From contig CAVSWX010000009.1 of assembly GCA_963731785.1 (NCBI GenBank), forward strand, positions 49,449 through 113,448: a stretch of 64,000 bases of DNA. The letters are read 5' to 3'. Below are positions 10,321-19,971 of the stretch, one piece after another. Source of the DNA: an uncultured Acidobacteriota bacterium (GTDB taxonomy: Bacteria; Acidobacteriota; Vicinamibacteria; Vicinamibacterales; UBA2999). Each line of letters begins with the position of its first letter. Positions within the stretch are counted from its first letter, which is position 1. The translations under genes were made by a program, and so were the position numbers. The notes under the pieces are model-generated. The model searched no databases. It worked only from the letters and a program-made list of their open reading frames with translations, and was not told the DNA's origin.

Positions 10321-12412
10321 CTAGGTCAGGGCGCGCCTGAGCTGCGCGCCCGTGTGCGCGCGAGACGGTCTTGACGGTCGAGATCACGTGCTCGGGCGTG
10401 AAGCCGAACTCGCGCATCACGACCGGCCCCGGTGCGGAGGCGCCGAATCGTTCGACGCCGACGATTGCGCCGTCTCTGCCGACGTAGCGCTCCCACCCGA
10501 ACGGGGTGGCCGCCTCGATGCTGACGCGCGCGCGCACGTCGGGCGGCAACACGGCATCCCGGTACGCCTGCGGCTGCGCCTCGAACAGTTCCCAACACGG
10601 CATCGACACGACCCGGCTGGCAATGCCGTCCTTCGTGAGGCGCGCGTACACGTCGAGCGCCAACGCGACCTCCGAACCGGTCGCGATCAGGATCACGTCA
10701 GGTGACTCGCCAGCGGTCTCGACGAGCACGTAGGCGCCCTTGGCCAGACCGCTCGCCGGCGCCATGGCCGTGCGATCGATCACGGTAGCTTCTGGCGCGT
10801 CAGGACAGCGCCACCGGCCCGCCGTGCGCGCCAATGCCGCGCGCCACGCTTCCACGGTCTCGGTGGCGTCGCTCGGCCGCAGCCACCATCATGTTGGGCA
10901 TCGCCCGCAGGCTGGCCAGGTGCTCGACCGGCTGGTGGGTCGGGCCATCCTCTCCAAGCGCGAGGCTGTCGTGCGTGAACACGTAGATGACGTGCGCCTG
11001 GCTGAGGGCCGCGAGGCGCATGCTCGGACGCATGTAGTCCGAAAACGACAAGAAGGTCGCGCCAAACGGCACGAGCCCGCCGTGACCGCCATCCCGGTCA
11101 GCGCCGCGGCCATCGCGTGCTCGCGCACGCCGAAATGAATGTTGCGCCCCGCGTAGCTCCACTCGCCGCCAGCGCCCCCCTGTGTCTTCGGACCGCCCTC
11201 GGACGCGCGGCGCGCTCCGGGCTCTCGAAGTCGCCCCGGCCTTTCATCGCGGTGCGCGTGGACGGGATCGAGGTCGGCCGAACCGCCGACCAGGTTCGGG
11301 ACACGACCGCCGCCAATGCGTTCGAGCACCTTGCCGCCGGCGTCGCGCGTGGCCATGTCGCCGTCGGCAGGCGTGAACGCCGGCAGATGGGACTGCCAGC
11401 GGCGGGCAGCTCGCCCGCGAGGGCTCGGCGCGAAGGCGGCTCGGCTTCGTCGGCATGACGCGCCGCGTAGGCGTCCATTCCGCGCTGCCATGAGGCTTCG
11501 ATCGTCGCGCCGCGGCCGCCCGACAAGCGAAGGGACTGGAGTGCGTCGTCAGGAATGTGGAATGGCGGGTCCTCGGGCCACCCCAGCGCACGCTTGGTGG
11601 CGCGCACCTCGTCGGCGCCGAGCGGCTCGCCGTGTGCCTGAAACGTGTCCTGCTTCTTCGGACTGCCGTAGCCGATATGGGTGCGCGCGACGATGAGCGA
11701 CGGGCGATCCTCGACGGCGCGCGCGGCGGTCAGCGCCGCCATCGACCGCCGCCACGTCCTGGCCGTCGATCGTGTTGCACATGCCAGCCGCAGGCCTCGA
11801 AACGCCCGCCGACATCCTCCGGAACGTCAGGTCCGTCGTCGCCGCGAGCGTCACCCGGTTCGCGTCGTAGAGCACGATCAATCGGCCGAGCCGCAGCGTC
11901 CCCGCCAGCGAGGCGGCTTCGCTCGAGAGCCCTTCCATCATGTCCCCGTCGCTGGCCAGCACGTAGGTGCGGTGGTCACGACCTCGTGCTCCGGGCGATT
12001 GAACGTGGCCGCGAGCCACCGTTCGGCGATGGCCAGGCCGAGGGCATTGCCCAGCCCCTGGCCGAGCGGGCCGGTGGTCACCTCCACGCCCGGCGTGCAC
12101 CCGCGCTCGGGATGTCCGGGCGTCCGGCTGTCCCACTGCCGGAACTGTTCAGGTCGTCGAGCGACAGGTCGTACCCGGTCAGGTGGAGGAGGCTGTAGAG
12201 CAGCGCGCTCGCATGACCGGCCGACAGCACGAACCGATCGCGATCGGGCCACGCCGGGTTTTCGGGTTGTGACGCAGGTGGCGGGTCCACAGCACGTAGG
12301 CCATCGTCGCCGCGCCCATCGGCATGCCGGGATGCCCGGACTCCGCTTGCTGCACCGTGTCGACCGACAGCATCCGAATCGTATTGATGCAGAGCTGGTC
12401 CAGTTCGTTCAT
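10321..12412 (-). pseudogene. tkt: transketolase, reading frame broken many times (apparent pseudogene or indel-error hotspot)
   Basis: Consecutive transketolase segments are spread over 8 minus-strand ORF fragments: [35 protein letters not shown]; [23 protein letters not shown]; [23 protein letters not shown]; [21 protein letters not shown]; [14 protein letters not shown]; GGSADL; [13 protein letters not shown]; [30 protein letters not shown]; ILIATGSEV..FGASAP. GAGGAG SD before the ATG at 12412. Confidence 0.85.
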
Positions 12413-12453
12413 CGCTCCTCGGTCATCAGGAAGATATTCAGAGGGAGAAGCAG

Positions 12454-13477
12454 ATGCAGCTGGGCATGATCGGCCTCGGACGGATGGGCGGCAGCATGGT
12501 GCGCCGGCTGCTGCGCGGTGGGCACCGCTGCGTCGTGTTCGACGCGCACGCCGACGCGATGACGCCGCTGGCGAGCGAGGGCGCGACCGCCTCGCGCTCG
12601 CTTGCCGATTTCGTCGCCGCGGCTCGAGCACGCCGCGCGCCGTGTGGCTGATGCTGCCGGCCGCAGTCGTCGACTCGACGCTCGACGTGCTCGCGCCGCT
12701 GCTCCAACCCGGCGACATCGTCATCGACGGCGGGAACTCGTACTACGCCGATGACATCCGGCGCTCCCGCGCGCTCGGCGCAGCGGGATCCGCTACGTCG
12801 ACGTCGGCGTCAGCGGCGGCGTCTGGGGAGCGCGAGCGCGGCTACTGCCTGATGATCGGCGGCGAGGCCGAACCGGTCGGCGCGTCTCGACCCGGTGTTC
12901 AAGACGCTGGCCCCGGGACGGGACGCCGCGCCGCCGACGGAGGGCCGCGCCGTCGCGTCCGGGACTGCCGAGGAAGGCTACCTGCACTGCGGGCCCGCCG
13001 GAGCCGGGCACTTCGTCAAGATGGTGCACAACGGCATCGAGTACGCGCTCATGGCCGCCTACGCCGAAGGGTTCAACATCCTGGCGCACGCGGGGATGGG
13101 CGCGCACCCGCGACCCGCGGATGCCGAAACGGCGCCGCTCCGGGAGGCCGAGCACTATCAAGTACGACATCCCCGTGCCGGATGTCGCCGAACTGTGGCG
13201 GCGCGGCAGCGTCGTCGGGTCGTGGCTGCTCGACCTGACGGCACGCGCGCTGGCGGAGCATCCCGACCTGACACCGTTCTCCGGGCGCGTCTCGGACTCG
13301 GGCGAAGGGCGATGGACGGTCGCCGCCGCCGTCGACACCTCGACACCGGCGCCTGTCCTCGCCGCCGCGCTCTTCCAGCGGTTCAGTTCACGAGGAGAAG
13401 ACGATTTCGCCAACCGGCTGCTCTCGGCGATGCGCTATCAGTTCGGCGGCCACGTCGAGCGTCCGGCCGGTGCGTAG
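12454..13477 (+). pseudogene. gnd: 6-phosphogluconate dehydrogenase (short, decarboxylating type), at least 4-5 frame breaks
   Basis: [20 protein letters not shown].. (12454 frame), ..[21 protein letters not shown], ..GYCLMIGG, ..[25 protein letters not shown] and ..[28 protein letters not shown] lie in alternating plus frames. Confidence 0.8.
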
Positions 13478-13503
13478 CGCCAGCTCTCGCCTCGGGGACA
13501 CCG

Positions 13504-14863
13504 ATGTCTGACGCTCCCGCCGACGCCCTGGTGCTGTTTGGCGCCACCGGCGATCTCGCCTATCAGCAGATCTTCCCCGCGCTCCAGGCGATGGCCCGCC
13601 ACGGCCGCCTGAGCGTCCCGGTGATCGGCGTCGCCAGGCCGAACTGGACGACCGATCAGTTGTGCGCGCGCATGAAGGAGAGCCTGGCCGCGCACGGCGG
13701 CGTCGACGCCGACGCGTACGCGACGGCTGGCCGCGCAATATCTCCTACGTCTCCGGCGACTACGCGGATCCGGCCACCTACGATCGGCTGCGTGAGGCGC
13801 TCGGGACGGCGGCGCGCCCGGTGTTCTACCTCGCGATCCCGCCGAGCCTGTTCGCCGCCGTGGCGTCGAATCTCGCGCGATCCGGATCGGCCGGCGGGCG
13901 CGGCTGATCGTCGAAAAGCCCTTCGGCCGCGACCTCGCGTCGGCGCAGGCCCTCAACGCCACGTTGCACGAGTCGTTTCCCGAGGACGCGATCTATCGCA
14001 TCGACCACTTCCTGGGGAAGGAGCCGGTGCAGAACCTGTTGTACTTCCGCCTGGCCAACACGTTCCTCGAACCGATCTGGAACGCGCGATACGTCGCCCG
14101 CGTGCAGATCACGATGGCCGAGGCGTTCGGCGTCCGGGGCCGCGGCCGCTTCTACGAAGAGGTCGGAGCGCTCCGCGACGTCTTCCAGAACCATCTGCTG
14201 CAGGTGCTGTCGCTGCTGGCGATGGAGCCGCCGGCGTCGAGCGACGGCCCCGCCATCGAGCGCGCCAAGGTTGCGCTCCTTCAGTCCATCCGCCCGCTCA
14301 CGCCCGCCGACGTGGTGCGCGGCCAGTATCGTGGCTATCGCCAGGAAACCGGTGTCGCGCCCGATTCGCGCGTCGAAACCTACGTTGCCGTCCGCCTCGC
14401 CGTGGACAACCCGCGCTGGAGCGGCGTGCCCATGCTCGTCCGCGCCGGCAAATGCATGGCGGAAACGGTCACCGAAGTGCGGGTCGCCTTCGCGCCTCCG
14501 GTTCCCCCGTGGTTCGATTCGGCCACCGCGCCGGTCAACGAACTGCGCTTTCGCCTCAGTCCTGATGTGTCGATGACCCTGATGGCCCGAATCAAGAAGC
14601 CGGGCGAGGAGATGGTGGGCGAAGACGCGGCGCTCGTCGAGCACCGGCAGACGAGCGACGAGATGCCCCCGTACGAGCGCCTGCTCGGCGATGCCCTGCG
14701 CGGCGATCGCACGTTGTTCGGCAGCGAAGCGGGCGTCGAGGCGGCGTGGCGCGTCGTGAACGACGTGCTGAGCACGGATCAGCCGTTATACGAGTACGAA
14801 CCGGGCAGCTGGGGTCCGTCCGAGGCAGCGGCCTTTGCCGCGAGCGCGACCGGGTCCTCCTAG
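13504..14863 (+). pseudogene. zwf: glucose-6-phosphate dehydrogenase, two frame breaks (near 13735 and 13900)
   Basis: [19 protein letters not shown], then [23 protein letters not shown] in a second frame, then [36 protein letters not shown] in ORF 13964..14863. Confidence 0.85.
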
Positions 14864-14878
14864 CGACGACACCACGAC

Positions 14879-16230
14879 CTATCGAAGAGCGGCTTCCCTT
14901 TCCCAGGACGCGCCGGCGGTCTCGCGCGACGAGACGACCGCGCCGACCGCGAGCGCGCAGACGGCGGCGAAGTAGGCGAGCACCCACGTCAGCGATCCGC
15001 CCGACCAGGCCAGCAGCGAGGCCGACACCATCGGCATGATGCCGCCGCCGAGGATGGTGCCGAGCTGCCGGCCGAGCGACACGCCCGACAGCCGCAGCCG
15101 CGGATCGTCGAAGCGCTCGGGGTAGAAGCTGCCGCTGACGGCGAGCGACATCGGCTGCAGCACCGCGCCCGGAATCGCCATCGCCAGGATCACCAGCCAC
15201 GGCTCTCCGGACCGCAGCAGCGGGAAGAAGAGCATCAGGACGTAGAGCGGCCGACAGCAGGTACGACGCCGCCAGCAGCGGCCTGCGGCCGACGCGATCC
15301 GACAGCGCGCCGAACGGCGGGGTTGGTGACGATGCCGACGGCGTTGCCGATCGCCACGCCCGCGAGCAGCAGCCCGTTGCCCAGCCCCAGCGTCTGGATG
15401 CCGTACGACAGGCCGAAGACCGACGTGAAATAGAACGTGGACGACTCGGCCATGGCGCAGAACAGCACCTGCAGCGTCGCCACCTTGCACCGCCGCAGCA
15501 CCGCCAGCAGCGGCACGCGCTCGGGCGCCGCCCGCTCGATCGCGCGCTGGAACGCCGGCGATTCCTCGACTTTCATGCGCACGTAGAAGCTGACGGCGAA
15601 GATCAGCGCGCTGGCGAGGAACGGCACGCGCCAGCCCCACGCCAGCAGCTCCTCCTGCGGCAGCGTCCCGACGGCGAACGCGGCGAGGGCGCCAAGCACG
15701 GTGCCGGCGGCCGCGCCGCTCGACACGAGCGCGGCGAAGAGGCCACGCGTGTTGCCTGGCGCGCTCTCCATCGCGAGCAGGGGTCCGGTCGCCGACTCGG
15801 CGCCGAGCGAGAAGCCCTGCAGGAAGCGCAGGCACACGAGGATGATCGGTGCGGCAATGCCGACGGTCGCGAACGTCGGCGTCAAGCCGATCGCCGTGGT
15901 CGACACGCCCATCATGACCAGCGTCGTCACCATGATCGGCTTGCGCCCGACGCGGTCGCCGAAGTGCGCGAAGACCACGCCGCCCAGCGGCCGGGCCGCG
16001 AACCCGACGGCAAAGACGCCAAAGCCGGCGATGGTGCCGGCCAGCGGGCTCAGCGACGGAAAGAACAGGCGGTTGAGGGCCAGCGGCGCCAGGAATCCGT
16101 AGACGAGGAAGTCGTACCACTCGATCGTCGTGCCGAGGAAGCACGACGCCAGCATGCGCCGGTTCGACATGCTGATCGGCGAAGCGACGTCGCGGACATG
16201 AACCCTGGGGTGCGCGCTCTCGATCGCCAT
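14879..16230 (-). CDS. MFS transporter (metabolite:H+ symporter-like); two frame breaks near 15320 and 15248
   Basis: TIEWYDFLVYGFLA, FAHFGDRVGRKP and RFLQGFSLGAE in the tail of ORF 15235..18072. The last TMs (LYVLMLFFPLL..GRQLGTILGGGIMP..) are in ORF 14879..16252. A bridging segment PFGALSDRVGRRPLLAASYLLSAA lies in the third frame. Confidence 0.8.
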
Positions 16231-16244
16231 CTCGGCCTCGTCTC

Positions 16245-17808
16245 TCACGCAACGACGACGTCCACCACGATCGGCACGGGCGACGCCACGGCGTCGCGCA
16301 GCGTGCGCGCGAGCTCGCCGGGCTTCTCCACCCGTACGCCCGCGCAGCCGAGCGACTGCGCCAGCTTCACGAAATCGATGCCGCGCACCTCGGTGCCGAT
16401 CGGTTCCTTCAGGTTGAAGTGCGCGAGGAACTCGCTGAGCGCCGCGTAGCCGCCGTTGTTGACGATGACGATGGTCAGCGGCAGCTGCAGATCGGCCGCG
16501 GACCAGAGCGCCTGAATCGAGTACATCGACGATCCGTCGCCGAACAGGCCGATGACCTTCCGCGCCGAGCCGGTGGCCAGCGCGACGCCGACGCCGGCCG
16601 GCAGGCTGTGGCCGAGGCCGCCGCTGGCGCAGGTGAAGAAGCTGTGCGGCCGCTCGATCGGCAGGTGGGCCTGCATGGTCGCGCGGCTCGAGGGCGACTC
16701 CTCCACCAGGATGCTGTCGGGCGGGCGGACGTCGGCCAGCGTCTGCATCAGATACGCGATCGAGATGCGCTCGCCCGGCTCCACGCGCGGCGGCGCACAC
16801 CGCCCTTGCGGCGCGGGCCGGGCCGGCGGCGCCGGGCGCTGCAGCAAGGCGCCGGTCCCGAGCCGGACGTCGCAGACGATGCCCAGACCCGCCGGGGTCC
16901 ACGCCGCGATGTCGGGGACATCGATCATCTGGGCCAGCTCCGCGCCGGGCGGCACGTGCGGTCCGAACCCTTCGATGTGGTAGGTGAAGGCCGGCGCGCC
17001 CAGCGCGAGGATGAAGTCGTGCCCGGACGAGGCGTTCGACGATCCGCTCGCGGATCGCGGGCAGGAACCCGGCAAACAGCCGGTGCCGTTCGGGAAAGCT
17101 GCAGCGCGACGACATCGGGCTCACCCAGACCAGGGCCTGATGCCGCTCGGCGAGCGCCACCACCTGATCCCAGGCGCCGTTGCGATCGACGCCGGGCCCG
17201 ACGACGAACGCGGGCCGCGGGCTGCGATCGAGCCGCGCGCCGATGGTCTCGATCAGCGCCGGGTCCGGATGCAGCAGCCGGCTCACCGTGCGCGCCGCCA
17301 CGGCCTCGCTCGGACGCTCCCAGTCGTCGACCGGAATCGAGACGAACGTGGGTCCGCACGGCTGCTGCATCGCCACGTAGTAGGCGCGGGCGATCGCCGC
17401 CGGGACGTCTTCCCCGCGCGCCGGCTCGCTGCTCCACTTCACGTACGGATCCGGCAGCCTGGTCGCGTCGGTGGCATACAGGAACGGCTCGTACGGCAGG
17501 ATCGATCTCGCCTGCTGGCCGGCGGTGATGACCAGCGGCGTGCGGTTCCGGTAGGCGGTGAAGATGTTCCCCATCGCGTGGCCGACGCCCGCCGCCGAGT
17601 GCAGGTTGACGAACGCCGCGTTACCGGTGGCCTGCGCGAAGCCGTCGGCCATCCCCACCACCACCGACTCCTGCAGGCCCAGCACGTAGCGGAAATCGTC
17701 GGGGAAGTTCTTGAACAGCGGCAGCTCGGTCGACCCGGGATTCCCGAACATCGTGGTCATCCCGAACTCGCGCAGCAGGCCGATGACGGCGTCGCGAACG
17801 GTAGGCAT
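16245..17808 (-). CDS. thiamine-diphosphate-dependent decarboxylase, benzoylformate decarboxylase-like; frame break near 17025
   Basis: MPTVRDAVIGLLREFGMTTMFGNPGSTELPLF.. (N-terminus inside ORF 15235..18072). C-terminus GLGHSLPAGVGVALA..GDGSSMYSIQALWSAA..IVIVNNGGYAAL is in ORF 16245..17075. Confidence 0.75.
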
Positions 17809-17849
17809 GCGGGGGGCAATTATGGTGCAGAACGGATTGATGTCCCTCC

Positions 17850-18515
17850 TTACTGCTGCCTCGAACGGCGCACCCGGGAATCGACCCGCCGCGCTCGAAC
17901 TGCCGACGGCGCTCTCCGGACCGGCCGTGCAGGCTGACGGTAACAATCCAGGAGCATCGCGAGATCGGCGCGGATCCAGGCCTCTGCCGTGCCGCGACGG
18001 GCAATCGCCCAGCCGAGCAGCGACCCGGTGACCAGGGCGCCGACGGCCCTGGCCAGACGAGCGGTGTCGCACGGCACGAGTTCAGCCGCCTCGACCGCCT
18101 CGTCGAGCAGCGTCCGGTATCCGGCCTCCATCCGCTTGCTGTTCTCCTTCATGAGCGCGTAGAAGTCGGGATCGCTCAAATCGATCTGCAGGTAGGCCAG
18201 GGAGTTCGCCACTTCCTGCGGCGTCTTCACGTAGCGCGCCATCTCCAGGGCCGCGGCCACGAACGCGTCGAGCGGCGCGGGGTGCGCCGAGCGCACCATC
18301 GCGAAACATGCGTCCACCGACTCCATGCTCTGGCGCGACATCGCGAGCAGGAGGCCCCGCTTCGATCCAAAGCGCTTGACCAGGGCACCCGGGGACAGGC
18401 CGCTGGCACGGCCGACATCCGCCAGCGTCAGGCGGGTCGGGCCGACCTGGGAAATGACCCGGCTGGCGGCGATCAGGATGTCGGCGTCGGCAACGGTGCG
18501 CGGGCGTGGGCTCAT
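17850..18515 (-). CDS. TetR family transcriptional regulator
   Basis: HTH region ILIAASRVISQVGPTRLTLADVGRASGLSPGALVKRFGSKRGLL. The start MSPRPRTV at 18515 is divergent from the SDR gene. Confidence 0.85.
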   Translation of the reverse strand: MSPRPRTVADADILIAASRVISQVGPTRLTLADVGRASGLSPGALVKRFGSKRGLLLAMSRQSMESVDACFAMVRSAHPAPLDAFVAAALEMARYVKTPQEVANSLAYLQIDLSDPDFYALMKENSKRMEAGYRTLLDEAVEAAELVPCDTARLARAVGALVTGSLLGWAIARRGTAEAWIRADLAMLLDCYRQPARPVRRAPSAVRARRVDSRVRRSRQQ

Positions 18516-18518
18516 GGC

Positions 18519-18548
18519 TTGACAAATAGTAAACGACAGTTTTCTAAT
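18519..18548 (+). promoter_or_regulatory. sigma-70-like promoter for the SDR gene in the TetR/SDR divergent region
   Basis: TTGACA (18519-18524), an 18-nt spacer, then TCTAAT (18543-18548), in a conspicuously AT-rich patch. Confidence 0.45.
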
Positions 18549-18555
18549 TGGCCCT

Positions 18556-18579
18556 GTTAGTGAACGGCCGTTGCGTAAC
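18556..18579. promoter_or_regulatory. candidate TetR operator (imperfect 24-bp palindrome)
   Basis: GTTAgtgAACGGCCGTTgcgTAAC has 9 of 12 symmetric pairs with a perfect AACGGCCGTT core. It lies just downstream of the predicted -10. Confidence 0.4.
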
Positions 18580-18613
18580 TGGGGTTCGCGGCGGCACCTC
18601 GAGGAGGCGTGGC

Positions 18614-19693
18614 ATGGCAACGCGCACCCGATCTCACCGCTCTCAGACGTCTCCGCCGCAGTCCCCCGGGTCGCTCCGCGGCCAGGTGGCCCTGGTGGCC
18701 GGCGCCACCAGAGGCGCCGGCCGCGGCATCGCGCGGGCGCTCGGCGAAGCGGGCGCCACGGTGATATGCACCGGCCGGAGCGTCACCGGGCGGCCGTCGC
18801 CGTACGGCCGCCGTGAGACCGTGGACGAAACCGCGGCTCTCATCACTGCCGCGGGCGGCCGCGCGATCGCGCTGCGCGTCGATCACACGGTCGAAGCCGA
18901 GGTCGAGGCGCTGGTCGCGACAATCCTGCAGGACCACGGCCGGCTCGACGTGCTGGTGAACAGCATCGCCGGCGAAGAGCCGCTGATGGGACAGTGGGGG
19001 TCGTTCTGGCAGGTCGACGTGTCGCACGCCGACCAGGTGTTGAGGCAGGCGCTGGTGTCGCACATCATCACGGCGAAACACGTGGCGCCGCACATGATCC
19101 GGAAGCGGCGCGGGCTCATCGTCGAGGTCACCGAGAACGACGTGCTCGGCGGCGGCGGGAATCCGCTGGCCTGGTCGGTCAAGCTGGCGATCAAGGGGCT
19201 CGCCCTGAACATGGCCGCGGAACTCCACGCGCACCACGTGACGTCGGTGGCGGTCACGCCGGGCTTCCTGCGCTCCGAGGCCATGCTCGAGGGCATGGGC
19301 GTGACGGAAGCGAACTGGCCGGAGGCCGGGAAAAAGGACCGCAACTTCCTGGAATCGGAGTCCCCCTGGTACGTGGGCCGCGCGGTCGCGGCGATCGCGC
19401 AGGACCCGCAGATGTTCGACCGGACGGGGCAGCTGTGGAGCTCGTGGGAGCTCAGTCGTGCGTATGGATTCACCGACATCGATGGGCGGAGGCCGGACTG
19501 GGGCCAGCTCGCGATCGACTTTTCGGGTCACCCCCCGGCATTCCTGGCGATGTTCCGTACCGGCTTGGAGCTTCAGGCGGCGTGGCTGACACGGTTGCAG
19601 GAACGCACCGCCCGGATGATGAGCAAACTGCCACCGCGGACGTCCGAGCGCCCGGCTCGCCGCCGCGCCGCTTCCCGGCCCGCCGGCCGGTGA
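18614..19693 (+). CDS. short-chain dehydrogenase/reductase family oxidoreductase with an extended C-terminus
   Basis: VALVAGATRGAGRGIARALGEAGATV (TGxxxGxG-like) and VLVNSIAG. Start MATRTRS at 18614, inside ORF 18548..19693. Confidence 0.7.
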   Translation: MATRTRSHRSQTSPPQSPGSLRGQVALVAGATRGAGRGIARALGEAGATVICTGRSVTGRPSPYGRRETVDETAALITAAGGRAIALRVDHTVEAEVEALVATILQDHGRLDVLVNSIAGEEPLMGQWGSFWQVDVSHADQVLRQALVSHIITAKHVAPHMIRKRRGLIVEVTENDVLGGGGNPLAWSVKLAIKGLALNMAAELHAHHVTSVAVTPGFLRSEAMLEGMGVTEANWPEAGKKDRNFLESESPWYVGRAVAAIAQDPQMFDRTGQLWSSWELSRAYGFTDIDGRRPDWGQLAIDFSGHPPAFLAMFRTGLELQAAWLTRLQERTARMMSKLPPRTSERPARRRAASRPAGR

Positions 19694-19853
19694 CCTGGCG
19701 GCGGCGCGGGTGAATCTACCGCTGAGATTCAAACACCCGCGGCAGGCGGAGACCGTCGCCGGTGACCCGTCACGGCATGCTGTGAGCTCTACAGGTATAC
19801 TGCCCGGGATCCATGCGTTGCACCGGGAATTCATGCCCTTGTCCCGAGCGGCG

Positions 19854-19869
19854 TGGCACTCGCTTTGCT
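19854..19869 (+). promoter_or_regulatory. sigma-54 (-24/-12) promoter, perfect consensus
   Basis: TGGCACtcgctTTGCT. The -12 GC lies 104 nt upstream of the ATG at 19972, in non-coding DNA. Confidence 0.7.
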
Positions 19870-19971
19870 CCCCTACCAGAGGCCCCCGCGGGCTATAAAT
19901 GTGCGTGGCCGCAGGTGTTGCGGCGCAGGGGTCGAGCCATCCATCAACGTCCGGGCGAGAGAGAACCCCAG

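Noticed and set aside
15235-18072. 945-aa ORF that looks like one giant protein.
   Set aside because: It is an artefact. It joins the N-terminal part of the ThDP decarboxylase, an out-of-frame stretch and most of the MFS transporter. The joining comes from frame breaks together with stop-poor GC-rich alternative frames.
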